Below are positions 39,720-52,762 of a DNA stretch of 64,000 nt, piece after piece (within the stretch, counting starts at the first letter, position 1; each line of letters opens with the position of its first letter). The DNA is taken from assembly GCA_965287045.1 (NCBI GenBank), contig OZ336876.1:49352001-49416000 (forward strand), written 5' to 3'. The notes beneath the pieces were generated by a model. It did no database searches and was not told where the DNA came from. It saw nothing but the letters and a program-made list of their open reading frames with translations. Position numbers and translations under genes: made by a program. Origin of the DNA: Carcharhinus amblyrhynchos. Taxonomy: Eukaryota.

Positions 39720-40565
39720 GGCCGCCGCTCGGGCTCACGTCCCAGGAACACTGTCCCTTGGTCAGGTGTAGGTACAGTGAATTCTCAACATGAGACATTA
39801 TATACCATCCCAGGTTTGATCTGACCCTCCCTCATAATCTCAACCCCTTAATTCATCCAATTACAAAAGCCACCTATAAACTTAAAATATTTACCTATCT
39901 TTTTAAACAGAACAAAAGGCCTCTAGTTAGCACTATAAACTTCTAAACTTCTATAATAGAAAGTCTACATAACTTTGGTTTTGCTTTATACATACCAGAC
40001 AGTAGTTTTCATCAGAAGTCATGTGAAATGGTATAAGGCAATAACTTCACCATTACACAATTCTTTAAGTTTTATAACTAGCAATACATGATCAGAGTCT
40101 TTAATGCTACTGTGGCTTTTGTACTACATGAGGCATGGCCTTAGAAGTCACACTCTTGGTTCTAAGCCAGAAGGTTTTAGATTCAAGTCCCTCATTCATT
40201 GTGTCAAAGTTTCACAGTAAAGAAAGATACCCAGTGGTCTGTATCTGCAGTGACTATAAAGAGGCTATCTATTCTAATCCAATTTTCCAGCAGATGGTCC
40301 ATAATTTTGTAGGCCAAGGTGTTTCAAGTGCTCACCTTAAATGCCCTATCACCCTTTCAGACAGATTTCCAGGTTGTATTCACATTCTGGGTGAAAAAAG
40401 GTTTTTCCCCTCAACTCACCTCTAAATCTCCTATCCATCACCCTAAAAATTCTGCCCTTTACGTCACCATCTATTAGTTAGCACATTGCAACCTATATCT
40501 ACCCATCTCTTTCTGCAGTTTCCTTTTTTCAATCAGGAAGTAAATCCTGAATGGAGATTTACTTA

Positions 40566-40626
40566 ACCAGGAATCAAACCCAGGCCATGCTGATGAATGC
40601 ACTGAATTCTAACCACTAGATCACCA
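40566..40626 (-). pseudogene. Decayed tRNA-Glu pseudogene or tRNA-derived head
   Basis: TGGTGATCTAGTGGTTAGAATTCAGTGCATTCATCAGCATGGCCTGGGTTTGATTCCTGGT aligns to vertebrate tRNA-Glu. Many differences are CpG-type transitions and the acceptor stem is lost. Confidence 0.7.
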
Positions 40627-41699
40627 TTGAATCAGAATGAGACCATTCAGCCCAAGTCCATGCCAGCTTTCTAGAATAATCTAGTCAGTCTCATGCCCCT
40701 GAACGTCCATCCAATTTCCTTCTGAAATCACAAATCATCTCTCCTTCTAGTTCTACCACACTCAAGGTTTGGTTAGGAACTTTTAGGGAACAGTGATTGA
40801 AGTATAAAATTTTGGTTAGCCAGGGAAAGCACGTACAGCTATCTAGAGTAAAAATAAATAATTGATTGGAGGTCAGCTAATTTTAGTGGAATGAGAACAG
40901 ATCTGTGCCAAGTAAATTGGAATCAAAGATTGACAGGTAAAACTAACTGAACAATAGGTCTTTAAAGGGGTTGGTTTGGGTATGACCAAAACTCCCTGAA
41001 TAATGAGCAATAAAGAGCAAGATAGTGCTGAAAAGGGGCACGTGACAGATGTCAGGTAAACAATAGGATATCAAGAAAAAAAAAACAAAAAGAAAAAGTT
41101 CAGAGGGAATATGAAAACGGAATTCAGACAGACAAAGTGAGTATGGAAGAAACTGGCAGCTAAGGAAATCCAAAAGTCTTCATATAAATAGTAAGTGAGA
41201 AGAATGGATACATGGAATAAAGAGGGTAAGGCTAAATTAGCACTTTCAATCTATCTTTACCAAGAAAGATGCTGGTAGCCGTATTGAAGTAATTAGCTGA
41301 GATTCCACATGGGCTAAACATTGATGACATTAAATAAATCAGCAGGACCAAATGAACGTGTCCAAGGATGCTGAGGGAGAAGGGTGGAATTTGCAGTGGT
41401 AGCTTCCAATCCTCTTTAGCTTCAGGGATGACTGGAGAATTACATGTTACACCCTTGTTCAATTCAGATGTAAAGAAGTGTGTTAACTCAGCAAGTACAG
41501 ACCAATCAATTTGATATCAATACTGAGAAAGCTTTGAGAACCAATAACAATTTAGCAATGACTTCTTGGGCAATCCCTTGAAGCCAAGGATGACTTGCTT
41601 CCACACAGATAAGTCATGCTGTTTATAAATCAATAGCTTGGTAGTATTCATCAAAAGTGGGAGGTTCCCCATTTAGGTCACAGTGTTAGATATAGTCAA

Positions 41700-42260
41700 G
41701 TGGCATCACAAGAAGCAGGCAGTTATTCTGGAATTACCAGTACCCACAAAAAAAAAAGGGAGTTTTGTGAAATAAAATGGCTTTTATTGGAAACTGGTGC
41801 TGAATTTCAGCAGTGCAGTAACTCCACTGACTGGATTGTTAACAAAATTCCAACAGACACAAGAATATCAGAATGCATTCAACAGTTAGAATGCGTAGTT
41901 GTTAGTACAGCTTTCAATCAGGACCCAAATTATACAAAGCAATTTAAGTTAGCTATTGACGCTAGTGGTATTGTATGGCTGCAAAAGATGAACTGCCAAT
42001 TGAGAAGTCAATAGGATATTTTTAGTTTGAACATACATCAGATGAAATATTCTAGAGAAAGGGACCAAGTTTGGTGCTAGATTTGCAGCATTTTAAAGTT
42101 TCAAACAATTCTTCAGGGTTATATATATTGCCAACAATGCTTTGACATTTCTGGAGAGATTTTGAAAAATGCCAGGTTGTTTTGGTGTTTGTTTTTGCAA
42201 CCAATTTACAAAGTGTGTGTGGTTGGACAAGAGAATTTAAATGCAGGTGTATTGTCATGA
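41700..42260 (+). mobile_element. Ancient Gypsy RT/RNase H remnant
   Basis: PNYTKQFKLAIDASG is an RNase H start motif in ORF 41700..42014. Confidence 0.55.
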
Positions 42261-43639
42261 GTTACATCAGAAGAATTTGTACCTTGGGAAAAGAATGGGA
42301 ATTAATTCTATTTTTACAACAGACTTGTGTATATTTTTGTCGTTGACACACATACACTATAGTCTAATGTTTTGTTTATATATGTAAATGTGTTAAGTTA
42401 TGAAATGGGTTGAGAGAATGACACCAGCTTTTTGAAATTATGGCAATTTTTTTTCCCCCCCCGCAGACAGGTGTGAAAATGTTTTTTTTTTAAAAAATAG
42501 TCTTGGGCAAGGAGGATGTGCATTTCTTGAAATAATTTAATTAAATTGAGAAATTAAATGGAGACTGAACTGTTCCAAACAGAGAAAAGTATAGATGAGA
42601 TAAATGCATTTATAGTAAGACTTTCCTGGTCAAGTGATTTACAAGTCAATAAACTAGGTTTAGAAATTTGCATCAGGAGATACATATGGACCTTGTTTTA
42701 TTTCCAACTATTGAATATCAAAAAGGAGTCTAGAAGTGATAAGAAACATTTTGCATCTTACAGCATCTTCTCTCAACTCTACGGGAAAACAGACGAGAGT
42801 ATTTTGCTTTCTGTTGACCTAAAAGTAAAAACAAAATAGAAACAAAGGATTTTTATTTTCAAAGAAATGCTGAGGACAATGGAAAAATATTAAAGGATAT
42901 ATGTCAGAGCTTTACAGCACAGAGAGGGGCCCTTTGGCCCATCATATCTGCATTGGCTGTTAAAACATTTATTCTAATCCCATTTTCCAGCACTTGATCA
43001 ATAACCTTGTAAGCTCTCATCTAAATGCTTCTTAAACATTGTAAGGGTTCCCACCACTATCACTCTTTCAGGCAGAGAATTCCAAATTTAGGCTATCCTT
43101 GGGGTCAAGAAACTTTTCCTCAAATCCCCTCAATCTCCTTACCTCAAGGTCAATGCTCCCTGGTTATTGGCCACTCTAAGAGGAAGTGTTGAGACAATTT
43201 GTTATTTGTGTAGAGAAAACTAGGAGAACAGCTCTGAGCTGGGAGGTGAAGTTTGAATTAGACATCCAGTCAGACAAACATTTTGGGCTGTGAAAAGTAG
43301 TCTAGTTTCTTAGATTTCCACAAAGTGGAACAGAGTTTGAAAAGTCATGTGATGAGCCTTTATTAAAACAGCTGCAGTTCTCCTTTGGGTAATACGAGAG
43401 GATTTTTTATAAACATCTGAGTGTTGCCTGGAGGCTGTTTACTTGGGGGGGGGGGGCAGGGTCTGCCAAAGTAGGGAGTCTTTTGGGGGGAATGTTTTGG
43501 AAGACTAACTGTATATCTGCAATCTTGTGTGCTTACATTTTCTTTTTTAAATAACCCTTTTCATTTAATATTTTTTAAATCCTAAGTATTTCAGGACTTT
43601 TCTGCTGAGGTCTGTACTATGCTCATCTTAACACACAAA

Positions 43640-44200
43640 GCCCATAAGACAAGTTTCCTTCCAAGAGTTGGTTTGCTCAGCAATTATGTTGTGGTCATAT
43701 CAGCCACATTCTTGCCTACTCAGTCAACTAGTCTAAATGCCCTTAAAACCTCTTTGCATACTCTTCGCAATTTACATCTCCATCAAGTTTTGCCATCAAA
43801 CTTGGAAATATTTTATTTGGTCTCCACATCTAAATCATTGAAATAGATTGAACAGTTGGGGAAGAAACTGATTTTTTTTTGCTTTACCCACTCGTCACAG
43901 CCTGAGAATGATCCAACTATCCTTCCAATTCCGTCTGATAACAAATCCTCAATGGATGTGACTTTATGGCCCCAATCCCACATGCTCCAAGGCTTACTAA
44001 CCTCTTGCTTTGAAGCATAAAGCCCCCTGAAAGTCCAAATAAACCACATTGACTGGTTACCCCTCATCTTTCCTTGAGTAATGCCCTCAAAAAGACTAGC
44101 TTTATCAAAAATAATTTTTCTTTCAGAAATTTGTATTGACTCTACTCAATTCTACCATCATCACATCCTTTATTATAAATTATTGCACTTCTAGATTCTA
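43640..44200 (-). mobile_element. Old CR1 RT fragment
   Basis: Minus strand gives degenerate D-V-V-Y-L-D-F-Q and YFNDLDVETK...SKFDGK motifs. Confidence 0.55.
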
Positions 44201-44517
44201 GAAGTTTGAAATTCTACCACAAATGGCAATTGTTGTTGACTTGGTAATTTGTTATCCAAAGTTGCTAAAGTATATGGGAAAAATGTGGGCATTTGGGATT
44301 AAGTCATAGATTAGACATGATCTCACTGAAAGGCAAAACAACCTCAAGGAGCTAAAGTGCCAGTGTTACAGGAACATATTTAAGTTCGTACCTTTTACAC
44401 TACAAAAGGTACATAAGCTTGCCATGGATACCACTGGTATATTTTTTGGTTGCAAGCATGACTATTGTGTTACAAGAAACCTGACTCGTATTAATGCTAA
44501 CTTGACACTGATGCACT

Positions 44518-45805
44518 AAGAACATAAGAAATAGGAGGAGTAGGCCATCTAGCCCTTCGAGCCTGTCCCGCCATTCAATAAGATCATGGCTGATCTGTTG
44601 TGGCTCAGTTCCACATTCCCACCCTCTCCCCATAACCCTTAATCCCCCTCTTATCAAAAAACCATCAACCCGCGTCTTAAAAATATTTAGCAAGGTAGCC
44701 TCCACCACTTCAACGGGCAGAGAATGCGAGAGATTCACCACCCTTTGAGTGAAGAAGTTCTTCCTCAACTCCGTTCTAAACCGCCCCCCCCCCCCCCCCT
44801 TTATCTTGAGGCTGTGCCCCCTAGTCCTACTGTCCTTTCTGAGCGGGAGGAGTCTCTCCACCTCTATCCTATCCATCCCCTTCATCATCTTATATGTCTC
44901 AATGAGATCTCCCCTCATTCTTCTAAACTCTAACGAGTACAAGCCTAGTTTATTCAGCCTCTCCTCATAGCTCAACCCCCTCAACTCTGGCATCAGCCTA
45001 GTAAACCTCCTCTGCACTCCCTCCAAGGCCAAAATATCCTTGCGTAAGTACGGCAACCAAAACTGCACACAGTACTCCAGCTGCGGCCTCACCAATGCCC
45101 TATATAGCCGCAGCAAGACCTCCCTACTTTTATATTCAATCCCCCTCGCTATGAAGGCCAGCATCCCATTCGCCTTCCTCACCACCTGCAAGCCGGGTTT
45201 TTGCGACTCATGCACAAGGACCCTGAGGTCCCTCTGCACCGTCGCCTGCTGCAGTTTTTCACCACGTAAGTAATGGTCCTTCCTACCATTATTCCTACCA
45301 AAGTGGACCACCTCGCACTTGCCAACATTAAATTCCATTTGCCAGTTCCTGGCCCATTCGCCCAGCCTATCTAGATCCTTCTGTAGACTCTCCACACCCT
45401 CCGCGCAATTTGCCGTTCCACCAATCTTGGTGTCATCAGCAAATTTTGACACCATACACTCGGTTCCCTCCTCCAGATCATCTATATAAATGGTAAATAG
45501 CTGAGGCCCCAGCACCGACCCCGGGGCACTCCACTAGTCACCAACCGCCAATCCGAATAGCACCCATTGACCCCCACTCTCTGCCTCCTATTTGACAACC
45601 AGTCCTCTATCCACGCTAACACCCTACCCCCAACTCCATGTCCCCTGACCTTCTGCAATAACCTCTTGCGAGGTACCTTGTCAAACACCTTCTGAAAATC
45701 AAGACAGACCACATCCACCTGCTCTCCTCTATCCACCGCCCTGGACACATCCTCATAGAACTCCAGTAAATTTGTCAGACACGACTTCCCCTTAACGAAA
45801 CCGTT
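44518..45805 (-). mobile_element. Young 5'-truncated CR1 LINE
   Basis: ORFs 45482..45748 and 44400..45515: LDFQKVFDKV, GVP(Q)G with a frameshift, FTIYIDDL, SKFADDTK. CpG-rich; tail at 44518. Confidence 0.95.
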
Positions 45806-46238
45806 CGACTTGACTAAGCCATCACCAAATCATTTCAGCAGGAAGATAAGTCTGTTCTTCCATGAGAGGGATGATAATGAAAAAGTAGGAATTTACAGTA
45901 CAATCATGGCCAGTTGCATAAAATAAAAAGGAAAAACTTTGGGTTCATCTATGATCTAGTATATTACAAATCCAAGCTCAAGTTACAGTAACAATTAACA
46001 TGTTGGCAAATTTTGTTTTTGTTTTGAGTTTAATCATAAGCTTTCAGGATTTTATTCCAAGACGACGACATTACCCTTTTAATACATTTCGCAGTTAAGG
46101 AACAAGGACAATGATTTGTATGACAGATACTTTTAATGAAGTGTGATATATACTTGGCATAACTTCAGCTACATTCAGGAAATCACATTACAGTATCCTA
46201 TGAGAGAAAAGGCAAATCAAATGCGATTGTTTTTCAGC

Positions 46239-46244
46239 TTTATT
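46239..46244 (-). terminator. Candidate distal polyadenylation signal (AATAAA) for SELENOI
   Basis: tttatt on +, near the end of the repeat-free block, followed on the minus strand by U-rich sequence. Other AATAAA hexamers exist more proximally. Confidence 0.45.
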
Positions 46245-49200
46245 AAACGTTCACAAAATTAGTCTTTACAATAAATAAATAGTATAGTAGAATTTTACAA
46301 ATTAAAATAAAGCTACTATAGACCTTATTCAACAGCATACATTTTTTTCCTGACAGGGGAGTGGGATTCTACAGAGATGAACTTTACTTCTGCTAAAGCA
46401 GTGCACAATGACCACTGGATGTAACATATTCTGTCTGCAATGTGAAGTTCTCAGCCAAAATCAGTTTGAAATGAGGCAGGTTAGCAAAGTGGAAGAAATG
46501 CAACTAACTGAAGACAGTTTTGAACGGACGGCATATGGAAAATATTCAGGAAGAACGTCGTCATATTTCTATATGTGACAAAAGCTGAATGACCTCAAAC
46601 ATTTTCAAATAAGCCATACCTATGCAATGGGAACATGATAGGTTGGCTGTAGGCAACAGTACTGTGAATTCCTTATTACAAGGTAGATCATTACTTCATG
46701 GAGAAACCAAACATCATGTGTTTCTTTAATGACTTGAAAACAAAAATAAAAAGGACAACTATCAAGAAATTAATGTACCAAAGATCTGCAAAAATCAATG
46801 GACTTGGTATCCTATTTTGCTCTATTGATTTTTGAATTACAAGTACATCAAATTTTAAGCACAAATGCACTAATTGTAGAATACAAAACTTTGACAAATG
46901 TGTAACAAAATAATGCCTTATTTCTTGACAATGCTCAACACTGAATTCAATGAGCTATAGAATGTGTACCACCAAGGTACCGCGTCATGCGATACATGTC
47001 TGGGTCAGCATACACTTAGTTTACAGTATCAAATTTGTACAGGTTCCTCATTATCTACATACATTGTTTACAAATAAGTGCATGCAGTTTACACTGTATG
47101 CTTTCTGGTTTAGATATTATTTTTGTTACAAATAATGATCTCCAGAAGAGAACATTGTAATAGTAATGATCTTAAGATAGTACCAGCTAGACCTATATTA
47201 GTCACTCTGTTGTTATTCTATTGCTAATAAATGCTAACGAGGTAGAATGGGTAGTTCAAGCAAAGGCAGCAAGGGTTTCCTTAATAACTTGTTCTTCATA
47301 AAAATTATGATGTCAGGGACAAAGGCAAATCAGACATTCAATTCTTGTGAAACAATATTTAATTAAGCAGGTTGAGAGATGTTATACAAGCATAGTCTCG
47401 AATTGGCAATTAGGAGTGGAATCAAATGAACTGCACATATTCAAACAATTTTAATTAATTGAATACAATGATTTAGTTCCTCAGTTGCATCTCGATTTGA
47501 CATGGTCCCATTACAATAAGATAATTAACACCAGTCACTTAATCTACTGCCAATTTATCGTCACCATGACCACATCATTTTGGAAGTGCAATCTTGGCTC
47601 TTTCAAAATTCTCAAGGCTGATGAATGATGATTACAAATATGCACTATGATAAGCCAATTAAAAATGGATTAATATTGCAACAAGATTGGCTGAACTCAC
47701 TGAAAATATGATTCAAGGCTCTGAGAGCAAACCTTGCATTGACAAAAAACTTCTTGCTCAAGAATAAACTGACTAGTTTTAAAAAGCAGATATCCCTCCT
47801 TCAGGAGCCCCTAATTTACAAGAGTAGCAGTTAGCCACCTTTTCCTCTTGTGCGTTTTTTCCCCTCATTCAGCAAAGTGATACTTGCTCGATCTTATTTG
47901 CAAATAGTGCTTTTCCTCTCATTGTTCCCTAATCAATAAGACCTCTACACTGGAGTAAAACATGGAGACTCTCAACAAATACCAGTTAATTTAAAAAAAA
48001 TTAAGACAATTTTTGTTACTGATTTTTTACAGCATTAAGACATCCCTGTGCATTTTTTCTGTCCAAATCCCATTCTTCTCAAAGTTACGTTCTTTGCTTT
48101 AGAGCTAGCATTCTATGCAAGGTAAAATGCCCTGCCAATTAACTATATTTAAACAAACATTCTTTATATCAAGGCTACCTGCAAAATTCAGGTTACTTGG
48201 AACTCTCCGATATGTATGCAAATAATTAAATCAGTTAATAACTGGAGATTAAGAATCAAAGTGACAATAACATTACAAATAATTGTGACAGAGCAAATGT
48301 ATGCCAATTAGGAATGTAAAGTTTGGCAATAGATTTAAAATTAAACCTTGTGTTTAGCAAATTTATCTTAATCTTCATTAAAAATAAGAGATCTGCAAAC
48401 CATAGCAATTTCATGGTTGCATGGCAAACTAATCAATGCAACCTAATTGAAAGCCTTTGAGTGAAAAATAGTACAAGTCACAAAGGGGTTAAAGTATCTA
48501 AGATTGACAAATCAACAAATCTAAATTTATTCAGACAAAATGGATATTCACTGCTTACTAAACAACTGGAAAATAGCATCAAGATTAAGTTGTAACCAGT
48601 TAATAAATTTCACCTTTAACTTTTCACTTTAACAGAAGGGGTTGTCAAATATAAAATTGTTTAAATTATGCACTATATTGTGAAATGCCTTCACAAAACT
48701 CATTTTATCCAGAAAAACTGGGAAGTGCAGATTTCAAATATTGTAGCATTTTGGATTTTCAGGAAATTCATAACTGAGCACCTTGAGGATTTTCCTTAAT
48801 ATTATACCTTGGGAAAATATTAATCTCAGCCTCATTAATCAGAAATTGTTAGTGATGACGTTATGGAATAATGATTTCAAGTCGATGAGTCGAACTGTTT
48901 TTTAATTATCATCCAAGTTTTATATATTAGCATGTGCATCTTGTCTTTTCATACTCCTGTGTTTCAGACTAAACAATTGTAAACTTAAAACATTGTGGGA
49001 GTGAAAAGAGACAAAATGGAGCACAGCCTCAGTCTTTAGCTGCAATCAGGCTTATCTGAATTACAAAGCATTCACATAAATAATTAAACCAGTTAAACAA
49101 TTATCCACACGTTTAAAATGTCAGTATTAAGTGAGCAGCAAAATGTTCCATTACCTACATGAGTAAAATCTGCTTTCAAAAGATAGAAAGCAGATCTCAA

Positions 49201-51777
49201 TATATAGTTAAATTCTTCAAATAACACTTCAAAATCAGTGCGCAAATTGAACTTTATATAGTACACTGGAATGTCATGCTCAAGAAGTATTTCAGAATCC
49301 AGTATATATGTCAAGGATCAATATTATAGAAAGACTAAAGTATGGTATGGAAATAATTTACCATTCTGGCTGTACAGGACCTCTGGTACTGATATGGAAA
49401 CAATCTTGCACCTTAAACCGCAAAAAGGCAAAAGTCACTGCATGCATTTCATAATTACATATAAAGATGTTCATAGACCTCAGTGCTAAATAACAGTTGA
49501 ACCAATTGTGCCAATAGAGGGGGATGTAAACAAAGTCAAAAATTGACCATCAGCCATTCATATCCAACATTTGAAGTTTTCTAGAAAATTTAGAATGCTA
49601 CTGCTGAAAAAAGACAAGGGTCAATAAGCTGTTCTGTATCTTTGCATTATATATTTCATAACTTAAAAACAAAAAAAGGGCCAAAGAACATTGCGGTGCT
49701 GGGAGGAAAAAAATTGGCACCCGCAAAATATCTTAGAAAAATAGACTAATTTGCAATGCATTGGGGAAACATTCAATACTAAATTTACCTTTTTAAATAA
49801 GCAAAAGGTCAGTTCCACATTACCTTAGAGAGTGCAAGGATGTTCACCATTTACTCCACAGAACACCGGGTTAACTGAATTTCATTTTAAGCTTATAACT
49901 TAGGAAAAAAATCGTACTTTTCGCAAGTTACTCAACTTAAAAGTATAGCAAAATCCTGTGATACCTAGAGACACACACGCTCTGTGAACATCTCCTGTCA
50001 CTCATAATTTAACATGACTACAGTACCCAACAGAAGAACCCATTTACAAAAGAATAGGCACATTGTCCAGTAATTTTGTATTTTTCAAGTCAGTTTATAA
50101 TGTTCCTCTAATAGCATGAACCTAGTGTAATTTCAAATAACCTCCTTAAGCAAGGATTCCTTCAATTCCATTTTTAAGCAACATAGAGAATAGAAATGGT
50201 ATCCTGCATATTCTTGTTCAAAACAATAGCTAGTTGGGATTTGATATTGTTCACACAACAATCTTCACATCAAACAATTATTAAGCTATGTTCCACAGGA
50301 CAAAATCTCACTTCTGCAATGAAGATGGAAGCTAGAGAAGAAAATGAAAGACTGTAAAGCAGCTAGATGATAGTAACCTTATCATAGCAAACAATGGCAT
50401 CTCTAATAAAAGAGATAGTAATTCTGAGAGTAGCAAGTTACTTTTTGTATGAATTACTCAGTGATGCTTGAAGCCATAAATAATCAGACATTATGGGATC
50501 TGGTACAAAACCTGTGTGTTTTTAGTACTGTGTTCATTTCTAACAGCTTCTCTTCAAATTATATACCAAAAGCTTCCTACAAAGATGTTGCATCCCACAT
50601 CTATGTATACAGGCAAGAAACAGTTCCCAAACCACAGCTAGATCACTGTCTGCAATTTAAAACAATGCACTCTGAATAGTTGCTTCTATGAGTTCATTCT
50701 ACAAGCTCAACAATGAATAAATTACATGCAATGGACCAAAGCTGAAGATTAAGAAAAATGATCATTGAATAGAATTACACTTTTCAAAGATATAGTCGAG
50801 TTGACCGTCAAACTATTTGTCATAGACTCCTTTGAACACTGAATACAACCATAAGTGGGCTTTGAAACACGTGGTTTGGTCAAATTAAACACTTATTTAC
50901 TTATGATCTGAAGTTCAGCTTCAAACTGATGTAATGACACCAAAGCTGAACCTTGAGTACTCATCCCTAAGAATACTGACATTAGTATAGAATATCAGAA
51001 ATAAACATGTGAACGAAAGGTGAAATATTAAACTATATGAAAAACATGATTTGTCTAAGCCTGCAAAAGGTAGATAATGCACAAAAGGAGTTCAAATTTT
51101 CCTATTTTGCACATGCAGGTAAAATAGTCAAACAAAAAAGGGTTTAATGTTGTCATAATGTTAGCACAATAGTTTAATCAGTAGTTTCATGTTTGGAGAC
51201 AAAATATTGATAATTACGGTATGCAACTACACAACAACTTTGAATTATGAATTAAATTGATGCACTATGCAGATTTGCAAGCATCATATGGAAGATATAA
51301 TGTATTTAAATTTTTATCTTCATGATAATTAATTTGGGCCAGTGAATTGTTTTGAACTGATTCCAGTTTCAATTTAAAGTGATTAGTATGAGACAATAAA
51401 CAAAATATTATAACTGATATTATTCTACTGGTCCAAATTACATTTTGAACAGAAATTACAATGATGTAATAAGAAAATGGATATTGCAATGTTTTATTAT
51501 GACAAGCTTCACCAAGAGATACAATACCTCTATGGAAAAGAGACCACTGACAAAATTGTACTTAAACACACAAGGAGCCATCAAATTGGATTAAGAATAT
51601 GAGTTCTTACACCATGAAGCGCATCTGTTCAAACATTTCACCCATTCCCCGACTGACAGTAATTGCCAAAATACGAAAATACACAATATATTCATTGCCT
51701 TTCCTAAACAGAGTTTAAGCACAAAACCTCTGGTTTTGTGAGCCGTGTTTTGTAAACTAAACACAATTACTGCGAGT

Positions 51778-51839
51778 CATGCTTGTTCTTTCCAAGTATA
51801 CCTTGCTGAGGCTTTTAGTATACTCTTCATTCAAGCACA
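51778..51839 (-). promoter_or_regulatory. SECIS element in the SELENOI 3'UTR
   Basis: mRNA sense: UGUGCUUG A AUGA A GAGUAUAC U AAAA GCCUCAGCAAG GUAUACUU GGAA AGAA CAAGCAUG. Helix I is UGCUUG/CAAGCA, the core is AUGA/GA, helix II is 8 bp (GAGUAUAC/GUAUACUU), and there is an apical unpaired AAAA. It lies about 810 nt after the stop. Confidence 0.93.
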
Positions 51840-52648
51840 ATCCTCCATTGAAGAAAACTATTTCTAGTAGAAAATCAGCATGCATTCACCACCACAAAAC
51901 TGAATATTTGAAACAAAAAATGAAAACAGCAATTTGAGGTTTTGATTTGTTTGATAATCGACTATTTAAAAATTACTTTACATTTTCATTCAATTCTCTT
52001 CATAAATGTTATAACTTACTCATTAAAAAAAACTTTTAAATACATGCTTTTAATAAGGACTGTGGCAAACTCCTACATTCTAGGCTCCATTATAATTCCA
52101 GCTTTTTGAAAACCTGCAATTTCCAATATCAGCAGTTTTGCTCAATTGGGCTTATAAAGGCAAGTGAACATTCAGTCTCCAGTGTTAAAAGTGAGGTGGA
52201 ATTGTCTTTCAGAACACGTTGCAATAAAGATGTGGACAGAACTCCAATAAGTAAAGTGCAAAAACAATCACATTGCCCAAGGATTAGGTGATGAATCTGT
52301 AAAATGAAAGCCTGCTGAAATATGTCTTCGCCTGTCTTCTTGGATACAAGTTACCGTCTACTTTATTGAAGACTCCAATGGTATAATAGAACTTTACTGA
52401 AAGGAGTATCACACCAAAGAAAAAAATCCAGTGCCAGCCAAATACGCACAATCTTTGCTTGTGCACCGTTAATGTATATTTACATACTTAATTGAATTAA
52501 ACCTTTATCAGTCAGTCAATCTCTTATAAAACAATATTTTAATACTTAGAGGGAGCATCTGAATCTTCTGTTTTCTATTGTTGGTGATGGTGATAGTGGA
52601 CAGTTTGCAGTGATGGTTGAAGCATTTGCAGGCTGCTGGGGTGGTCAT

Positions 52649-52762
52649 TTACAATACTTCAGAAGCCTGCAAGCCAATTTTCTGTTCCTCCTCTAGTCAT
52701 TCTGTATTCAGTTTCTTCAGTGAGAAGACGTAAATGTTAAAATGTTTGCTCAGCTGATTCAC
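52649..52762 (-). CDS. SELENOI: SELENOI last coding exon with in-frame Sec UGA (52697-52699) and TAA stop (52649-52651)
   Basis: acacag|GTG. Translates VNQLSKHFNIYVFSLKKLNTE-UGA-LEEEQKIGLQASEVL*. Similarity to the recalled SELENOI C-terminus (...FSLRKPNSD-U-LGMEEKNIGL) continues past the UGA. Confidence 0.94.

Larger units (their letters stand above)
39300..39760. promoter_or_regulatory. CpG island / DRC1 promoter and first exon
   Basis: The only non-repeat CpG-dense, GC-rich segment in the window; it spans the DRC1 ATG and includes a GC box (GGGCGG). Confidence 0.85.
46220..52648 (-). other. SELENOI: Probable long (~6.4 kb) SELENOI 3'UTR
   Basis: AT-rich stretch with no recognisable transposons, unlike all the introns. 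Contains the SECIS and ends at an AATAAA. The 3' end is inferred. Confidence 0.6.

Noticed and set aside
39330-39824. 164-aa plus-strand ORF and overlapping ORFs at the CpG island
   Set aside because: GC-rich sequence lacks stops. The ORF is antisense to DRC1 exon 1 and has no recognisable domain.
51614-51657. ATGA...AAA...GA pattern resembling a second SECIS
   Set aside because: It is on the plus strand (antisense to SELENOI) and has no helix II pairing.
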